Shown here: piece after piece, positions 40,271 through 53,317 of the stretch
Layout of the letters: each line of letters opens with the position of its first letter
Position numbering within the stretch: the stretch's first letter is position 1
Source: Camelus ferus
Lineage: Eukaryota
DNA: 64,000 nucleotides
Assembly: GCF_009834535.1 (NCBI RefSeq)
Contig: NC_045696.1
Span: forward strand, 40,736,001-40,800,000
Direction of reading: 5' to 3'
Made by a program: the position numbers and the translations under genes
Notes under the pieces: generated by a model
Databases searched by the model: none
Told to the model about the DNA's origin: nothing
Seen by the model: the letters and a program-made list of their open reading frames with translations, nothing else

Positions 40271-41717
40271 TCCGCTTTAAAGATTTGTTGGGGCTTTACT
40301 AAGTGCTTTCACATACCTTTTCATTTACTGTTTTTTTGTAGAATAAACAAAAAGGCTTCCATTGGATCTGTGGTAACATTCAGCTCTCAGAGAAGAGCCA
40401 TCAGAATAAAGTGGGATTTACTGAGACTCACCCTCTCCTAGGGCCAGGCTCTATGCCAGACTCTGCGCCAGGCTTTGACCAGAGACAAAACAAAAGAAAA
40501 TCCAATTCCTGAGGGAAAAGGAGCTTGATCAAATAGACTGAGGTGCAAATGTAGACTCTTGGTGGTTATTTAGCATCTATTTTTCTAAATGAACTAATCT
40601 GACAATGAATTTAGTAGAGTAGTTTTTAAGCTTAGTTACCAGTCCTTCAAACCCTCCTTTCCCACTAGGCAACACATTAAATTGTATCTCACACCCTCTC
40701 AATAAAACAAAAGTGTATCAACTATTTCTGCTCTAAGCATAATTGATCTTCAAAACTCCAACTGCTTCTGGACAGCTGTACTTGCTGTTTCTGAAATCAT
40801 AAGAATTCACACTGACATTCCACTCCTTCAAGAACTACCACCACAGAACTCCTTTCAGATTCAAGCACTAATGGCAAAGAGGTGGGCCTGGAGGTGGCCT
40901 CATAAAAACAAGTTGTCACATCGATTTGAGTTTTAACTGTACATAAATGCCTTTTTGAGGGGCATAAAAACACTATGTTGTCGTACTTCATTTGCCCATT
41001 CTCAGTGTTTTTCTGTGTCTTCAGTGATATAATGATCCATTTCAAGGTTAAGTGATTCTTGAGCAGGCACAAGAAGCCCCATTCATAAAGGCTAACATTA
41101 AATAATTCTAACTTTTGTAAGACTGTCTGCTCTCTTGAGAACCACGACTTATGTTAAATATGTTCTCTGAATTGTCTTCCTAGTTAACCTTGCCATGGAG
41201 AAAGTGCGTGTGTAAGTGCAGACTTGAGTGCAACAGAACTCGTTTGTATAGCATGAGTCACTATTTTGCAAACTTATGTAGTCCTACTGGCCAGTAGCAT
41301 TTCTCAAATATAATAATGATATATAAAGGAAAGTAACATTCTGAGCAGTATTCCCATGTTAGTTCTATTCCCAAACATCAACTAAAAGATTATTCTTTTA
41401 CACCCATTTATACCCAAAGCATTTCCACATATAAAATTTTACAGAAAAGTTCACTCTGCAATGTAGATAAAGTGGGGGCGGGGGGCTACTCTGAATGAAG
41501 GACATAAGCCCTCCTGCTAACCCCTGCCAGCTCATTTCTGCCCCCTCAGGACAGCCACAGACAGACCTTTGTATGTGCCCTTGCGTTCCGTAGATCTCGG
41601 GCTGATATCACTGCTAAGATACTTCTCACAACCAAATTTTGTATGAGAACTATACTGCAGAGTTTGAAGATAAATTTTCTGCAAGGGGCCTAAAATATAG
41701 AACTTTTGTGTTACAGG

Positions 41718-42120
41718 TGTTAAAAGAACAAAATTCAACTGAGTGAATTTGAAGATTGAATTGGCTTTACTCAGTGATTCATGAATCAGTCAGCATCCCC
41801 TCTAGCTACAGGAGGGGCATTCCGAGGGGTTGTACAAAAATGAAAGGTTCTTATAGGAAAAAGGTGGAGCAAGGGATCTATTAATAAAAGAAAAGATTTA
41901 TATTTAGGCCAGGACATTTTCTTTTGAAGGGGAAGGGAACAGCAAGGATTTTGTCTTACTCTGGTGGGTAGAGAGGGCCCACTTGACAGATTACCTTGCT
42001 GGTGCTTGACCAGAAATTCCAGAGTGGTTGATTAAGGTTACATTTCTGGGAGAGGCTGATACTGCAGTTGGAGAGCAGCACAAGTGACACCATTTTGGGA
42101 CTGTTATTTTCATTTTAACA
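41718..42120 (-). mobile_element. Probable ERV1-class solo LTR in CMSS1 intron 6
   Basis: 403 bp bounded by the inverted termini tgttaaaa...ttttaaca (TG...CA); subfamily not identified. Confidence 0.7.
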
Positions 42121-42163
42121 GAAGTGAAGGACAGATCTACATGTTTCAATAATCAAGGAAACC

Positions 42164-42302
42164 GGGAGAGGGTATAGGTCAAGTGGTAGAGCACGTGTTT
42201 AACATGCACCAGGTCCTGGGTTCAGTCCCTAGTAACTCCTCTATAAATAAATAAACCTAATCCCCCCCTACACACCAAAATAAAATAATTAAATAATACA
42301 AT
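42164..42302 (+). mobile_element. tRNA-Ala-derived SINE (camelid Vic-1 type)
   Basis: gggagagggtataggtcaagtggtagagc...ggtcctgggttcagtccc (A/B boxes) and an A-rich tail; perfect 16-bp TSD aataatcaaggaaacc at 42148-42163 and 42303-42318. Confidence 0.88.
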
Positions 42303-42436
42303 AATAATCAAGGAAACCTAAGTAAAGTTAACCTTGTGTATGAGAGTTAGAAGCCAACCCAGATACATGCTTGAATAAAGGCCACCCCAGTTCTATTCCA
42401 GAGATGGGAATTGTTTGTGTATATGTGTCTTAGAAT

Positions 42437-42456
42437 TGTGTGTGTGTGTGTGTGTG
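42437..42456. repeat. (TG)n microsatellite
   Basis: Directly visible in the sequence. Confidence 0.9.
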
Positions 42457-42572
42457 TATCCACATACATATGCATGTATGTGCACACATACATGCACATG
42501 TTTTGAATAAATCAAGATGTAATACTTAAGTAGTGAATTTTCTTATGTGTTAATCTATTCTTTTTTCATCAG

Positions 42573-42633
42573 GTCAATGACTGCATTCAGAGGAGACAGC
42601 AAAGTTATGAAATTATTTGCAAAACATATAAAG
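42573..42633 (+). CDS. CMSS1: CMSS1 coding exon 7 (61 nt): (R)[20 protein letters not shown]
   Basis: ttttcatcag|G ... AAG|gtaaac; phase 2/0; contains the KLFAKHIK motif typical of the CMS1 family. Confidence 0.95.
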
Positions 42634-43076
42634 GTAAACAAGGGCATATCATTCCTGGTGAGAGATGAAAGTGATCCATAAAGGCCACCTCCAGACCTCA
42701 GTTTCTCTGCTTCAGCCTCTTTTCCTTATCTCCTTAGCAAGCATGTTCTTTGGTGCCTCCCTTGTATAACATATTTAGCAACCATTCTGGTTTTCTTTGC
42801 CTTTCCTTCATCTATCCCAACAGTCAACATTCCTCTATACTCTGAGATTTCTGTACAGGAGCTGAGGTTTGATCCCTGGATTCTTTGAAGATTTACCAGT
42901 TTTCTAGGGAGATGCTTTTCTGTCTGATGTTACTCTTCTTTGCCCTGGAAGTTGTCCCTAAACAAGGGTAGCTCCATTTGTTTTTTTGCCTCTTAGCTTT
43001 TACAGTAAATACTCTAAATTGGGCTGTGATTGAACTTTTTGATGATTCTTCTTTGTTCTCCATCATTTTGGAATAG

Positions 43077-43164
43077 GTCCAGGAGCAGGTAAAATTGCTG
43101 GAGAAACGTGTGGTACACCTTGGTGTAGGAACTCCAGGGAGGATTAAAGAACTCATTAAACAAG
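43077..43164 (+). CDS. CMSS1: CMSS1 coding exon 8 (88 nt): [29 protein letters not shown](G)
   Basis: gaatag|GTC ... CAAG|gtatga; phase 0/1; GTPGR motif. Confidence 0.95.
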
Positions 43165-44549
43165 GTATGAAAAGAGGTGGTGATACTCCTATTCAGAGCT
43201 GGGAGTTTGCCTGACCCCTATGTGAGTTTGGGAAACCACATGTGTGAGGTAGTGAAACCAGACCTCTGTGTTAATTCAGGAGTTGGAAACTCAGCCTTTA
43301 GTCTCTAAAGCTGCCAGCAGGTATAATGCAGTAGGGAGTGATAAGGACTGTTGGAAACTGCAGTGCACGTGCCCATCTAAATACATTCAAATCCCAGTTG
43401 CTGTAAGCAGGTTAGTGGATCCACAATTATTCCACCAATTTGCAATTGTATAGCTGGATGTGCTGAGTATTTCCCTCTCACTTAATTGAGTCTCAGCCCC
43501 CCAGGACTCCCATTCTAGTTGAGGGCTGGTATAAAAATTTGTTGAAACAAAAATGCAGTTTCTGTGGGTGAAATATAGGTATTATACAATACTTCTCCCG
43601 AATGTATTTCTCTTTTAGTGCCTTACCCAGAAAGTATTCCAGACAGCATCCACCAGTGGGTTTTTATAGTTTGTTGACTTTACCAAAGCCTAAAAACCTG
43701 TTGACCTGCTGATAATCTTATGTATTCTACCTCAGACAGATTAAAGATTTCTTTTCAATGCTCATTTCCAAATTACTTGTTTAATACAGTAATAGAACAT
43801 TATTTTATAACTATCTGAGGCTAGTCCTCGATTTTTATGTATCTAAAAGTAAATTGTTCATCAGTATAGTAGCTAAGTATAGAGATGATCATTTGCCAGG
43901 AAGCAAACAAGAGCTAAACATACTAGTGTTTCTCTCCAGATGAAAATCATCCAGGATTAAATGAACCCAGGATATGCAGAGGTCTGCACAATTACAAGGA
44001 AGTAACAAACTTGGTAGCCCCAGACAAAGAAGGGAAGCAAATATTTTTTGAGTTCCTATTTTGCACTCAGTGCTATGCCAGACACTCTCACATATCTCAT
44101 CTAGTACTCACAGCATCCTTAAGGCTAGCAGTCTTAATTTTTATGAGAGAAAACTGAAGCTTAAAAGGGTTACATAGCCCGTCCCAAGAGCTGTCATTCG
44201 AGGCCTTCCTGGTTCCAAAGCTTTTCCCCTCGAGGAGCTCCTGATCCAGCTGAAGAGATAAATGTACATAGAATGAGATTGACAACATGAGGCAGTAAAT
44301 GCCAGGGGCCAAATGAGTACTTCTAAATCCTATAGCAATTGAAATGAGGGAGAGATGGTTATGGTGGCTGAATCTGCAGGGAAGATTTTACAGAGGAAAG
44401 GGTCTTTAAGTGATCTTTGAAGTATATGGAGGATTAAAATAGGATCTTTGAAGTATGGAGACATGAGGAAAGCCTTCAGGAATGGGAGAACAGCTGAATC
44501 AGAAGCAGACAGGCAGGTGCACAGTGTGCAACCAGAGGAGGTGTTAAGT

Positions 44550-44780
44550 AGGCAATACTATGCTGAGGTTAAGAGCCCCTATTATGGACTCAAACCTCTG
44601 AATGCAAGTCCAAGGTCCATCAATTTACCAGCTCTGTGACTTGGCAAGTTTCTTAACCTTTCTAACCCTATTTCTTTTTCTGAATGCCAGAGATAGTAAT
44701 AGCATCTACCTCAAAGAATTGTTATACCAATAAAGAGCTAAACACAATGGATGTCACACCTTAAGAACTCAACAAATACC
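44550..44780 (+). mobile_element. MIR SINE
   Basis: ttaccagctctgtgacttggcaagtttcttaacct...gatagtaatagcatctacctca. Confidence 0.7.
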
Positions 44781-45844
44781 CGTTAGTACCTTTATTAAAG
44801 AGACCACCTTTCTTGTTTTGAGACTTCGTGGGCCGTAGTAGCCTGTGATTCAGTTGGAAAGAAAGTCAGATTGTAGAGAGTAGATCTTACACAGTAATTG
44901 GCTGGATTTTTATCTTGTGGGCTGAGGAGGGTGTTGAAAGTGAAGGAACAGATGACAGGCACTGATAGTCTGTAAGACACAGAGTTGGGAGAAATTGGCT
45001 GGGCAGCAAGAAAGGCCAAGGATGCACCCTCCCATTCCCTCTTAGCCAGAGATCCACCTCTCCCCTTCCTGGATTCTAGCTGATTTGTGTGTGTCACTAG
45101 GCACCCAGTGCAGCAGGGTCACTCTTCTACATATTTAATATTTAAGAGGCGGGGGGGAGAGCGAGAACAAACTTGTCCAGATTGTTGAAATTAGATTTCT
45201 ACAGAGTTGTTAAAACTCACTGTGGAGGCTTATTTCATTTAAGGAATGGAAAAATCATTTAAGGAGCTGTTGACTTTTTCATAATATTAATGAAAATAAC
45301 TTCTGATTCTAACTGGTTGAATGGTTTAATATTCATTAACTACAGATGTTACCGTACAAAGTATTTTAAAAGAACAATTCCAGCACTCTAGAAACTGAAA
45401 ATCTAGCAAAGCAAAGCAAGTGGCCCATAACTCATTTTATATAGCTGTTTATGATTTAAGATGTTTACATATATGATATATTAAGGAGAGTTTCTAGACA
45501 TCAAAAAATATCCTGTAACACTGGGATCCATACACTTATAGTCAGAATTGTATTGTTTTATTTAATAAAAAAGGGAATTTTCTAATTATGAGTCTCTGTA
45601 AAATGCAAAAAAGGTACAGAAAAGAAAATAAGTCACTTTAATCTCTTGTTAGTTAATATTAAATATATTTCTTTTCAGTCTTTTTCTATGCATTTATCTA
45701 TTTATTTTTATAAGTAGAAATCATATTGCATGTAATAACTTTATAGCCTGTCTTTTCCACTTAATATATCTCATGAGGACTTTCCTTGTCATGAATTAGT
45801 TTTAATTTTTCATTTTTAATGGCTACATATGTTCTGTTGAATTT

Positions 45845-46835
45845 TTTTCTAGTTTGATTGAGATATAATTGACATATAACATTGTACTGACCATGGTATA
45901 CAAATCAGTCAGTTCACATATTTACAATTTTCTGTCTTCTCATGAGAACTTTTAAAGTCTACATTTTTAACAACTTTCAAATATATAGTACGGTATTGTT
46001 AACTATGGTTACCATGCTATGTATTACATCCCCAGAGCGTATTTATCTTATAGCTGAAAATTCTTACGTTTTGCACCTTCAGCTTTTTCTCCCACCCCCT
46101 ACCTCTGGCAACCACCACCAGTTTGTTCTCTGTAGCTATGAAATGATTTGTTTGTTTGTTTGTTTCCCCCATATAAGTGAGATCATACAGTATTTGTCTT
46201 TCTCTGACTTATTTTCCTTAGTATATATAATGCCTTCAAGGTCCATCCATGTTGTCACAAGTGGCAGGATTTTCTTTTTTATGGCTGAATAACATTCCAC
46301 TGTGTGTGTGTATGTGTGTCACATGTTCTTTATCCAGTCATTTGTCAGTGGACACTTAGGTTGTTCCCATGTCGTGGCTATTGTAAGTAATGCTGCTGTG
46401 ATTATGAGGATGCAGATATCTTCCTGAGATAATGATTTCATTTCCTTTGGGTGTATAACCAGAAGTAGAATTGCTGGGTCACATGATAGTTCTGTTTTTA
46501 ATTTTTTTGAGAAACCTCCATACTGTTTTCCATAGTGGCTACACCAATGTACAATCCCACCAACAGTGCACAAGGGTTCCTTTTTTCCCACATCTCTTGT
46601 CATTTTGGTAATAGTCATTCTAACAAGTATTAGGCAATAGCTTATTTTGATTTTGATTTATGTTTCCCTGATGATTAGTGACACTGACCACATTTTCATG
46701 TACCTATTGGCCATTTTGTATGTCTTCTTTGGAAAAACGTCTACTCAGTTACTCTGCCTATTTTTAAGTCAGATCACTTGTTTTTTTGCCGTTGAGTTGT
46801 ATGAGTTCTTTATATTTTTTTGGGATATTAACACC
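45845..46835 (-). mobile_element. L1 3' end (L1MA9-like)
   Basis: Minus-strand ORF 46319-46618 resembles the ORF2p C-terminus; typical L1 3' UTR on the minus strand. Confidence 0.85.
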
Positions 46836-47955
46836 AATTTATATTGTTTTTTGGAGCAATTCTGTTTTGATAGGATATTTGGGGTCTTTCTAATTTGTTT
46901 TTGCTATTACAAGTAATACACAGTGATCATCTTTACAAGTAAGTATGCATTAAGTGTCTGATATTTTATTGGGATATGTCATAAAGGAGAATTATTTTAT
47001 CACATACTAAGCATTTTAAAGCTCCTCTTGTATAATGCCTGGTTGCTTTCCAGAGAGACCGTACTTGTTTGCTCTCCCACCAGCAGTCAGTTATTTTTAG
47101 GGGAACACTATGAGCTCATTGTCTTTTCCTCACCTATCATTTTTAATTTTGCAGAGAAAGTTTTAAATAAGAGGCACTGTAGTTATAAGAAGCTTGGAAA
47201 AGTTTTTTTGGGCAGAGAGGGAAACACTGAAATAACAGTATCGAGGGGAAGTGCTGCAGGATAAAGGAAGGCTTCTTTATGTTTCCAGGTGTAACATGTA
47301 ACAGCTGGGGGCAGAGGGAAAAACTGACTGCCCAGCTCTGAGACCTCTGAGGAACAGACAATCTCTGAGGTCCTCTCCGGCCCCACATTCCATAATTGTC
47401 TCTAAATAGATGGGAAAACAGCAGGAATGAGACTTTAAGCGGTTTACCAGTCTCCTCAAATTCTGAATAGAACCCATTCATCTTAACTTTCTTTTCTGCC
47501 TGAAATTAACCCTGCAACCCTGTCCTCATCCTTCTACCCACTCACCTCCGCACAGCCATGCAGACTCTGTTGGACTCAACTCCTCTGCAGGGCCACTACC
47601 CCAAGCTGCAGGATATATTTTATCAAATGCCTGGCGGGAAGACTTCATCCTCTGAAGCTTCATGAAATGGAGGCTTGGGTTTGATTCTTTGCCAACACTT
47701 GAGCATTTGACAAGCTTAGCAAGAGCAGCTTCCCTGCTTCGTTGAGAATCAGCGATAAGATTGTAAAGGGAGCAAGACTCCAAGTGCTACATTTGCTTTC
47801 CATCAGGCAAGGACAGCACTTAAATGTGCAGAGATTAGTGGCCGGGGGAGAAGAGAGCAAATGAGGCAAAAAGCAACCAGGCGAATAAAAAATCATTTTA
47901 ATAAATTTAGGTCATGAGTTCTTTAATGTAGCAACACTCTCCCTGTCTCTTTCAG

Positions 47956-48044
47956 GTGGCCTTAATTTGAACCCCTTAAAGTTTCTGGTTTTTGACTGGA
48001 ACTGGAGAGATCAAAAATTGAGGAGGATGATGGACATTCCCGAG
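47956..48044 (+). CDS. CMSS1: CMSS1 coding exon 9 (89 nt): (G)[29 protein letters not shown]
   Basis: ctctttcag|GT ... GAG|gtacca; phase 1/0. Confidence 0.95.
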
Positions 48045-49362
48045 GTACCATGTAACCAGCAATCCAGCACTTGCCTTTAATCTTTTCTTTTCTTTTTTTT
48101 TTTTCAATTTGAACTTGAGTTCAAACACAGTAATAAAGTCTTTGACATGGGGAGCCAGCACATTCTGGCCTTTGAAATGATTTCCTTTAACTCTGAAGTA
48201 ACTACAATTATAGAGGCCATCTCACCCCTTACACATAACTGTATCTTTTCCATGTGTTTTGTAGGAATCAGCTTTGTTTCTTCATTAAATAACCAATGGC
48301 CTCTGCCTCACTGGGGACCACATCTATACTGTACCTTAGAGAGACACAAAGATCTGGAGGACTTGGCACATTTCCCTGTGCCTTGTTTTAAAGACACAAT
48401 TATCTTTGCCTTTCATCCTTATAAGTGCACTTGGAGGTGGGGGGCACAAACTTGCCTCATTACCTGCATCTCCACATCCCCACTTACCTAATTTAGAGGG
48501 CTGTTTTGTTTTTTTGGGGAATGGGAAATTTTTTTTGATGTCTCAATGGATTAGAGCTGATTGAATACCTTTGTGGGAACAGCATTAGCTCATTATATAT
48601 TTATGAAGGTAATCCATTATCATCATAATGTGAAAAATTGATTTGCCACCCACCATGTTACCATGGGACTAATATTTCAATCTACCCAGATGCTTAGAAG
48701 CTGCTGTTGGCGAGAATAGGGTTGTGCAGTAATAAACATGGCTGCTAGTCACCAACCAGGAATAAATCATGGCAGAAACTATCAAAGAAGATGGGAATTA
48801 CTCCTCCAAAAATGCTGAATGAATTAATTTACTATGTAAAACTATATCCCCAGAATGACCAAATCTGATTATAATTGATTGGTGAGTTATATTAGACATC
48901 AGTTCGGACGGAAAAACCATTTTCTCAGTTCCCTACACACACATCTGAGTAAGTCACCACTAGTTTTCTAATTATAATAATGAGGGAGAAATAGTCTCCA
49001 AGAAGAATAACCTATAGTCATTTTTATTATGTTGATTATTATTAGCAGTTTTGCTACATTGAAATATTATGTATACTCTAGGCACACTTTGGATATCTTG
49101 AAACACTTTTGTGTAAGATTCTTTTATGAGCTTTTATTTTGAATGGCTGCAAACAAAAGGGCATTTTAATGAAACTGATGCCTTATATAGTACATCTTCT
49201 TTTACTTTTGTAAATATTTCAACTCTGAATAAAATGCAGGTTTTTCTCTTCCTAGTTCTGGCCGTAACAACTGCATAAAATACCAGAGTCCAGATGGTTG
49301 AATTTATTCATCAAGACCATCTTTTCTTGATCTTAACCTTTTTTTTCTTTTGTCTCATTTAG

Positions 49363-49446
49363 ATAAGAAAGGAGGTTTTTGAACTTTTGGAAATGGGAGT
49401 CTTCAGTCTATGCAAATCAGAATCTTTGAAGCTGGGCCTTTTCTAA
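49363..49446 (+). CDS. CMSS1: CMSS1 last coding exon 10: IRKEVFELLEMGVFSLCKSESLKLGLF*
   Basis: Long pyrimidine tract plus tttag|ATA; TAA at 49444-49446. Exons 2-10 total 776 nt; a 64-nt coding exon 1 would give 279 aa, the length I recall for the human protein. Confidence 0.95.
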   Translation: MRKEVFELLEMGVFSLCKSESLKLGLF

Positions 49447-49644
49447 ATCTAGGTCCTGATGAAGATTCCAGTTTTCATGGTGGGATTTGCATCTCCTTTA
49501 ATGGCTTCAGCACATTGCATATGCACTCAGAAAATATCAGCTATTGTTTTATTAAGTTAATTGTGTCACCAGATGGATCGCTGGGAATGTTTCATGGGGA
49601 TTCTTTGACAAAAATGAATCTGTCCTTTGCCAAAACCCTTGTAT

Positions 49645-49650
49645 AATAAA
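49645..49650 (+). terminator. CMSS1: CMSS1 polyadenylation signal (3' UTR of about 220 nt)
   Basis: First AATAAA after the stop codon, followed about 12-30 nt later by a GU/U-rich element (ttgtgtgtgatttttgtt). Confidence 0.75.
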
Positions 49651-49979
49651 GCATCACTGGCTTGTGTGTGATTTTTGTTACACAGACTGAGTTTTTCTCT
49701 CACCAACTGGCCTCTAATAGGACTGTGTAAGGGAAGGGAAAGAGCAGCGGAGCAACCCTAAACAAGCCCCTTCCCTCTCTGAGCCTCAGTTTAATCAGCT
49801 GCGAAACGGGAATGATATCTTGCAGGATTGCTGAGGATTTCGTGAGAACGGATTTATAAACTGTGAAGCCTAGTCCCAGAGTGAAGGGTGGCAGTGGTAG
49901 TGGTAGAAAGAGCTGTAAGTATATGTGGCACTTTGTAAACATGTCAAAGACAATGATGTACCTACAATGGTCTTACTCA

Positions 49980-50365
49980 TTTATTTCTTTAACTCTTTAT
50001 TTTGAGGTAGTTTCACATGTATGGAACAGTTGCAAAAATAGTATAAAGAATTCCCATTCCCTCTTTCCCCAGCACCCCCAGTGTTAACATCTTGTATAAC
50101 CATAGTACAATTATCAAAACTAAGGAATCAACATTGATACAATATAATTAACTAAACTACAGACTTTATTTAGAATTCCCCAGTTTTCCCACTGTTGTCC
50201 GTTTTCTATTCCAGGATCCACTCATCCCACATTGCATGTAGTTGTCATTCTCCTTAGCTTCCTCCGGTTGGTGACAGTTACTCAGTCTCTTATTGTCGTT
50301 CATAACCTTGACACTTTTATAGAATGTCCCTCAATTTGAGTTTGTCTATTGTTTGTCTGGAAGAA
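49980..50365 (-). mobile_element. L1MC-like 3' end
   Basis: gttaacatcttgtataaccatagtacaattatcaaaactaagga...ccaggatcca...cacattgcat. Confidence 0.7.
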
Positions 50366-50765
50366 AACATCAGAATATCACTTTATAAGAGAACAGAATT
50401 GCAAATTGAGACATGCAGTCTGTGCTTTCAGAATTCAGACCAATCCAGCTGCCAAACCCAAAAATGAGACCATCATGAATATTATGTGTGCATATAGTAT
50501 GTGTGTTTGTGACTGTACCCCACACATACAACCACTTCCTGATTCTACATTTATTTGGTACATTTGTGTCTCAGCAGTTAATGGGGAAAGGTAGTGAAAT
50601 ACGAGGCAACCCAGTATATGCAAAATGTCTGGATGCCTGAAGAGGCTATCTACACAGCAGTTAAAGAGAAATGACAGCAAGGATTTTAAAAGTCACTTTC
50701 TGAAGTTTCTAGTGATGCCAACACAATGGCCTCTAACAGATCGTCATGTCCATATCAATGTTAAC

Positions 50766-51011
50766 CAGTGGTTCTCAACTCAGGGCTATTTTGACCCCCA
50801 AGGGCCATTTGCCATACCTGGAGACGTATTTGATTGTCACAACTCAGGGAGGAGGGGGCTACTACTGGCATCTAGTGCAGGATTGCAACTGGCATTTAAT
50901 GGGTAGAGGCCAGGGACACTGCTCAATATCCTGCAAACCTGCAGGACAACCCCCATGACAAAAAAAATATCTGGCCCAAAATGTCAATAGTGCTGAGGCT
51001 GAAAAACTCTG
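50766..51011. mobile_element. MER20 hAT-Charlie element
   Basis: cagtggttctcaac...ttgtcacaact...ctactggcatctagtg...ggcccaaaatgtcaatagtgctgaggctgaaaaactctg. Confidence 0.85.
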
Positions 51012-51167
51012 CTCTAGAAATTTAAAAAGGAGAATATAATGAAATATATTTCTATATTTGCAATGGATGTATTTAGGAGAGAAATGTGTAAATATAAAAG
51101 TAACTGTAAAATGCATATCTGGCCATCTCTGAAGAATGTTGCCCCAAAAATGTTTTCACTCACTACC

Positions 51168-51629
51168 TATAATGGTTAATTTTAATGTGTCAACTTGACT
51201 GGGCTCAGGGTACCCAGATTGCTGGTCAAATACTGTTCTGGGTGTTTCTGTGAGGGTACTTTTGGATGAAATTAACATTTAAATTGGTAGATTCGAGTAA
51301 AGCAGATTGCCCTCCATAATGTAGGTGGGCCTCATCTGGTCAGTTGAAAGCCTGGATAGAATAAAAGGCTGCCCCTCCCCCAAGTAGGAAAGAATTCCTC
51401 CTTCCAACTGAAACATCAGCTCTTCCTACCTGACAACCTTCAAACCGTGACTTCAACTCTTCCTGTTTCTACAGCAGCTTTTGGCCTTCGAACTCAAACT
51501 AAAACATCAACTCTGCAGATTTTGGATTTGCCAGCCTCCTCCATAGTCACGTGAGCCAATTCTTTACAATAGATCTATGCATACATATAGATCTCCTATT
51601 GGTTCTGTTTCTCCGGAAAACTTAATATA
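51168..51629 (+). mobile_element. ERVL solo LTR (MLT2B-like) between CMSS1 and TMEM30C
   Basis: tataatggttaattttaatgtgtcaacttgactggg ... gtgagccaattc ... ctcctattggttctgtttctc. Confidence 0.88.
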
Positions 51630-53023
51630 CTCCTGTGAAGCACCTCTTACTTTGGGATTTGGGGTAGATTCGTTTTGCTGTTTTATAAAAAGCCTAAGAA
51701 ATACTGTAATGACCCTTTTGGTGGGTGTCATCTGTGTACTGTAATTTCACGCAATGTTGGAATAAGTACCTAGATTACAAACATACCTGATATTTTGTAG
51801 GTCAGTTCTGCATGCATAATCTAATCTCATAGGCTGTTCCTGCCTTTTAAACTCACTTCTGGACCATGTTTATTTAGTAAAACAAATAGTAGATATGAAC
51901 TTGGAAGTGTTCACTGCCATCTTCTCACACAAGTCTGTCTGAAACCAGCAGCCATACTTATTACCACCTCCAAGCCAGATTCAAATGTCTTGCTGAAAAT
52001 TTCCCATTGGTGGTATGCTTTTTTTCCTTCCAATTTCCCAAGTGGGAGACTTTGACTCTGAACTGGAAACATCCCAGTGTAAGTAATTGCATTTATTTTG
52101 TATTCTTTTAAATTAATTAGATTTGCCAAACTCATTGCTTTCTTTAATACAAAAATAGTCCAGCATGGCTTCTCTGCCTAATGTTAATAAAAAGATTTAG
52201 AAACTCACACGCTGCCTAATTTTTTAAAAAGCCTAATTCTACATCTTAAATTCATCTTGAAGAGGAAGTAATTATTAATACTCTAATGAAAATGTTAGTG
52301 AATTTCTAATAAGTAGGGGAAAAAAAGAAAAATCCAAAACCAAACCAGTAATACTAACATTGCAATATTAAACATTTCATTATCTATTTTTGTCTTCCTT
52401 TCTCTTGCCTTATTTGGGCTATTTCAAAGCATGTGCTTGGGAAGAAGTTAGGAGGAGATGTCTTTCATCTGCATTTCCTACCAGAGTCTTTCTTATGGGT
52501 GAAAAAATTGGAAGCTGCTGAGATTAAACATCTGTGTCCTACAGTCCCCATTTGCTTCTTTTCTCATTATCACAAATAGTCAAGTTAGCTGTAATCTGAG
52601 AATGTTTTCCCAATTTATTCTATATTCATGTTAAGGGACAGCCACATTTGGAAAAAAAGTTGAAAGCACTAACTTCTTTTTTGTTGTTGTTGTTGTATTA
52701 ATCTCCAAGGATTTGGACAAGTTCTTAAAGATAAATCCATTTTCCCCTTTCAGGAAGGCTTGCCTTTAATTAGTCACCACATCCCAGAAGTAGCCAGTTA
52801 TAACTGCTTCCCAGTGTCACCAGTCGTTGGGTTATACAGACCTGGTGGGGACATTTCTGCTTGGCATGGCATTTAACACAATGAGCTTTTTGAGCCTAAG
52901 TAAAATATACCTAGCAGTAGCTGATTGAAGGGAGCTGTGCTCCTGCTGAATATCAGGGCTGGTTAAGGAATAATTCCAGGAAGCAGAAAAACCTTGCAAA
53001 TGCACCAGAAGATTCATGTAATT

Positions 53024-53221
53024 TTTTTTAATTAAAGTGTATTCGATGTACAATGTTGTGTTAATTTCTGATGTACAGCATAGTGATTCAGTTATTTTTA
53101 TATATACTCCTTTTCATATTCCTTTTTATTATAGGCCATTACAAAGTATGAATATAATTCCCTGTGCTATACAGTAGGACCTTGTTTATTTTATATAGAG
53201 TAGTATCTGCAAATCCTGAAC
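53024..53221 (-). mobile_element. Short L1 3' end just upstream of the TMEM30C ATG
   Basis: Reverse complement resembles the 3' end of the 54968-56940 L1 (ccctgtgctatacagtaggaccttg); poly(T) at the left end; TSD-like tcat(g/a)taatt at 53014-53023 and 53222-53231. Confidence 0.85.
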
Positions 53222-53317
53222 TCATATAATTCTTAATATTACCATTATGTGTTATTGCTGTAAGCAGTAATGCTACAAATGTCTTGAAAGTATATCTGCG
53301 TCACCTGCAGGGCCAAA

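Noticed and set aside
42164..42240. tRNA-Ala-like sequence (also 18170-18246, minus strand)
   Set aside because: Has an A-rich tail and TSDs and degenerate stems, so it is a SINE rather than a tRNA gene.
42893..43156. Minus-strand ORFs overlapping CMSS1 exons (also 39022-39345 and 47976-48161)
   Set aside because: Antisense shadows of real exons, with no independent support.
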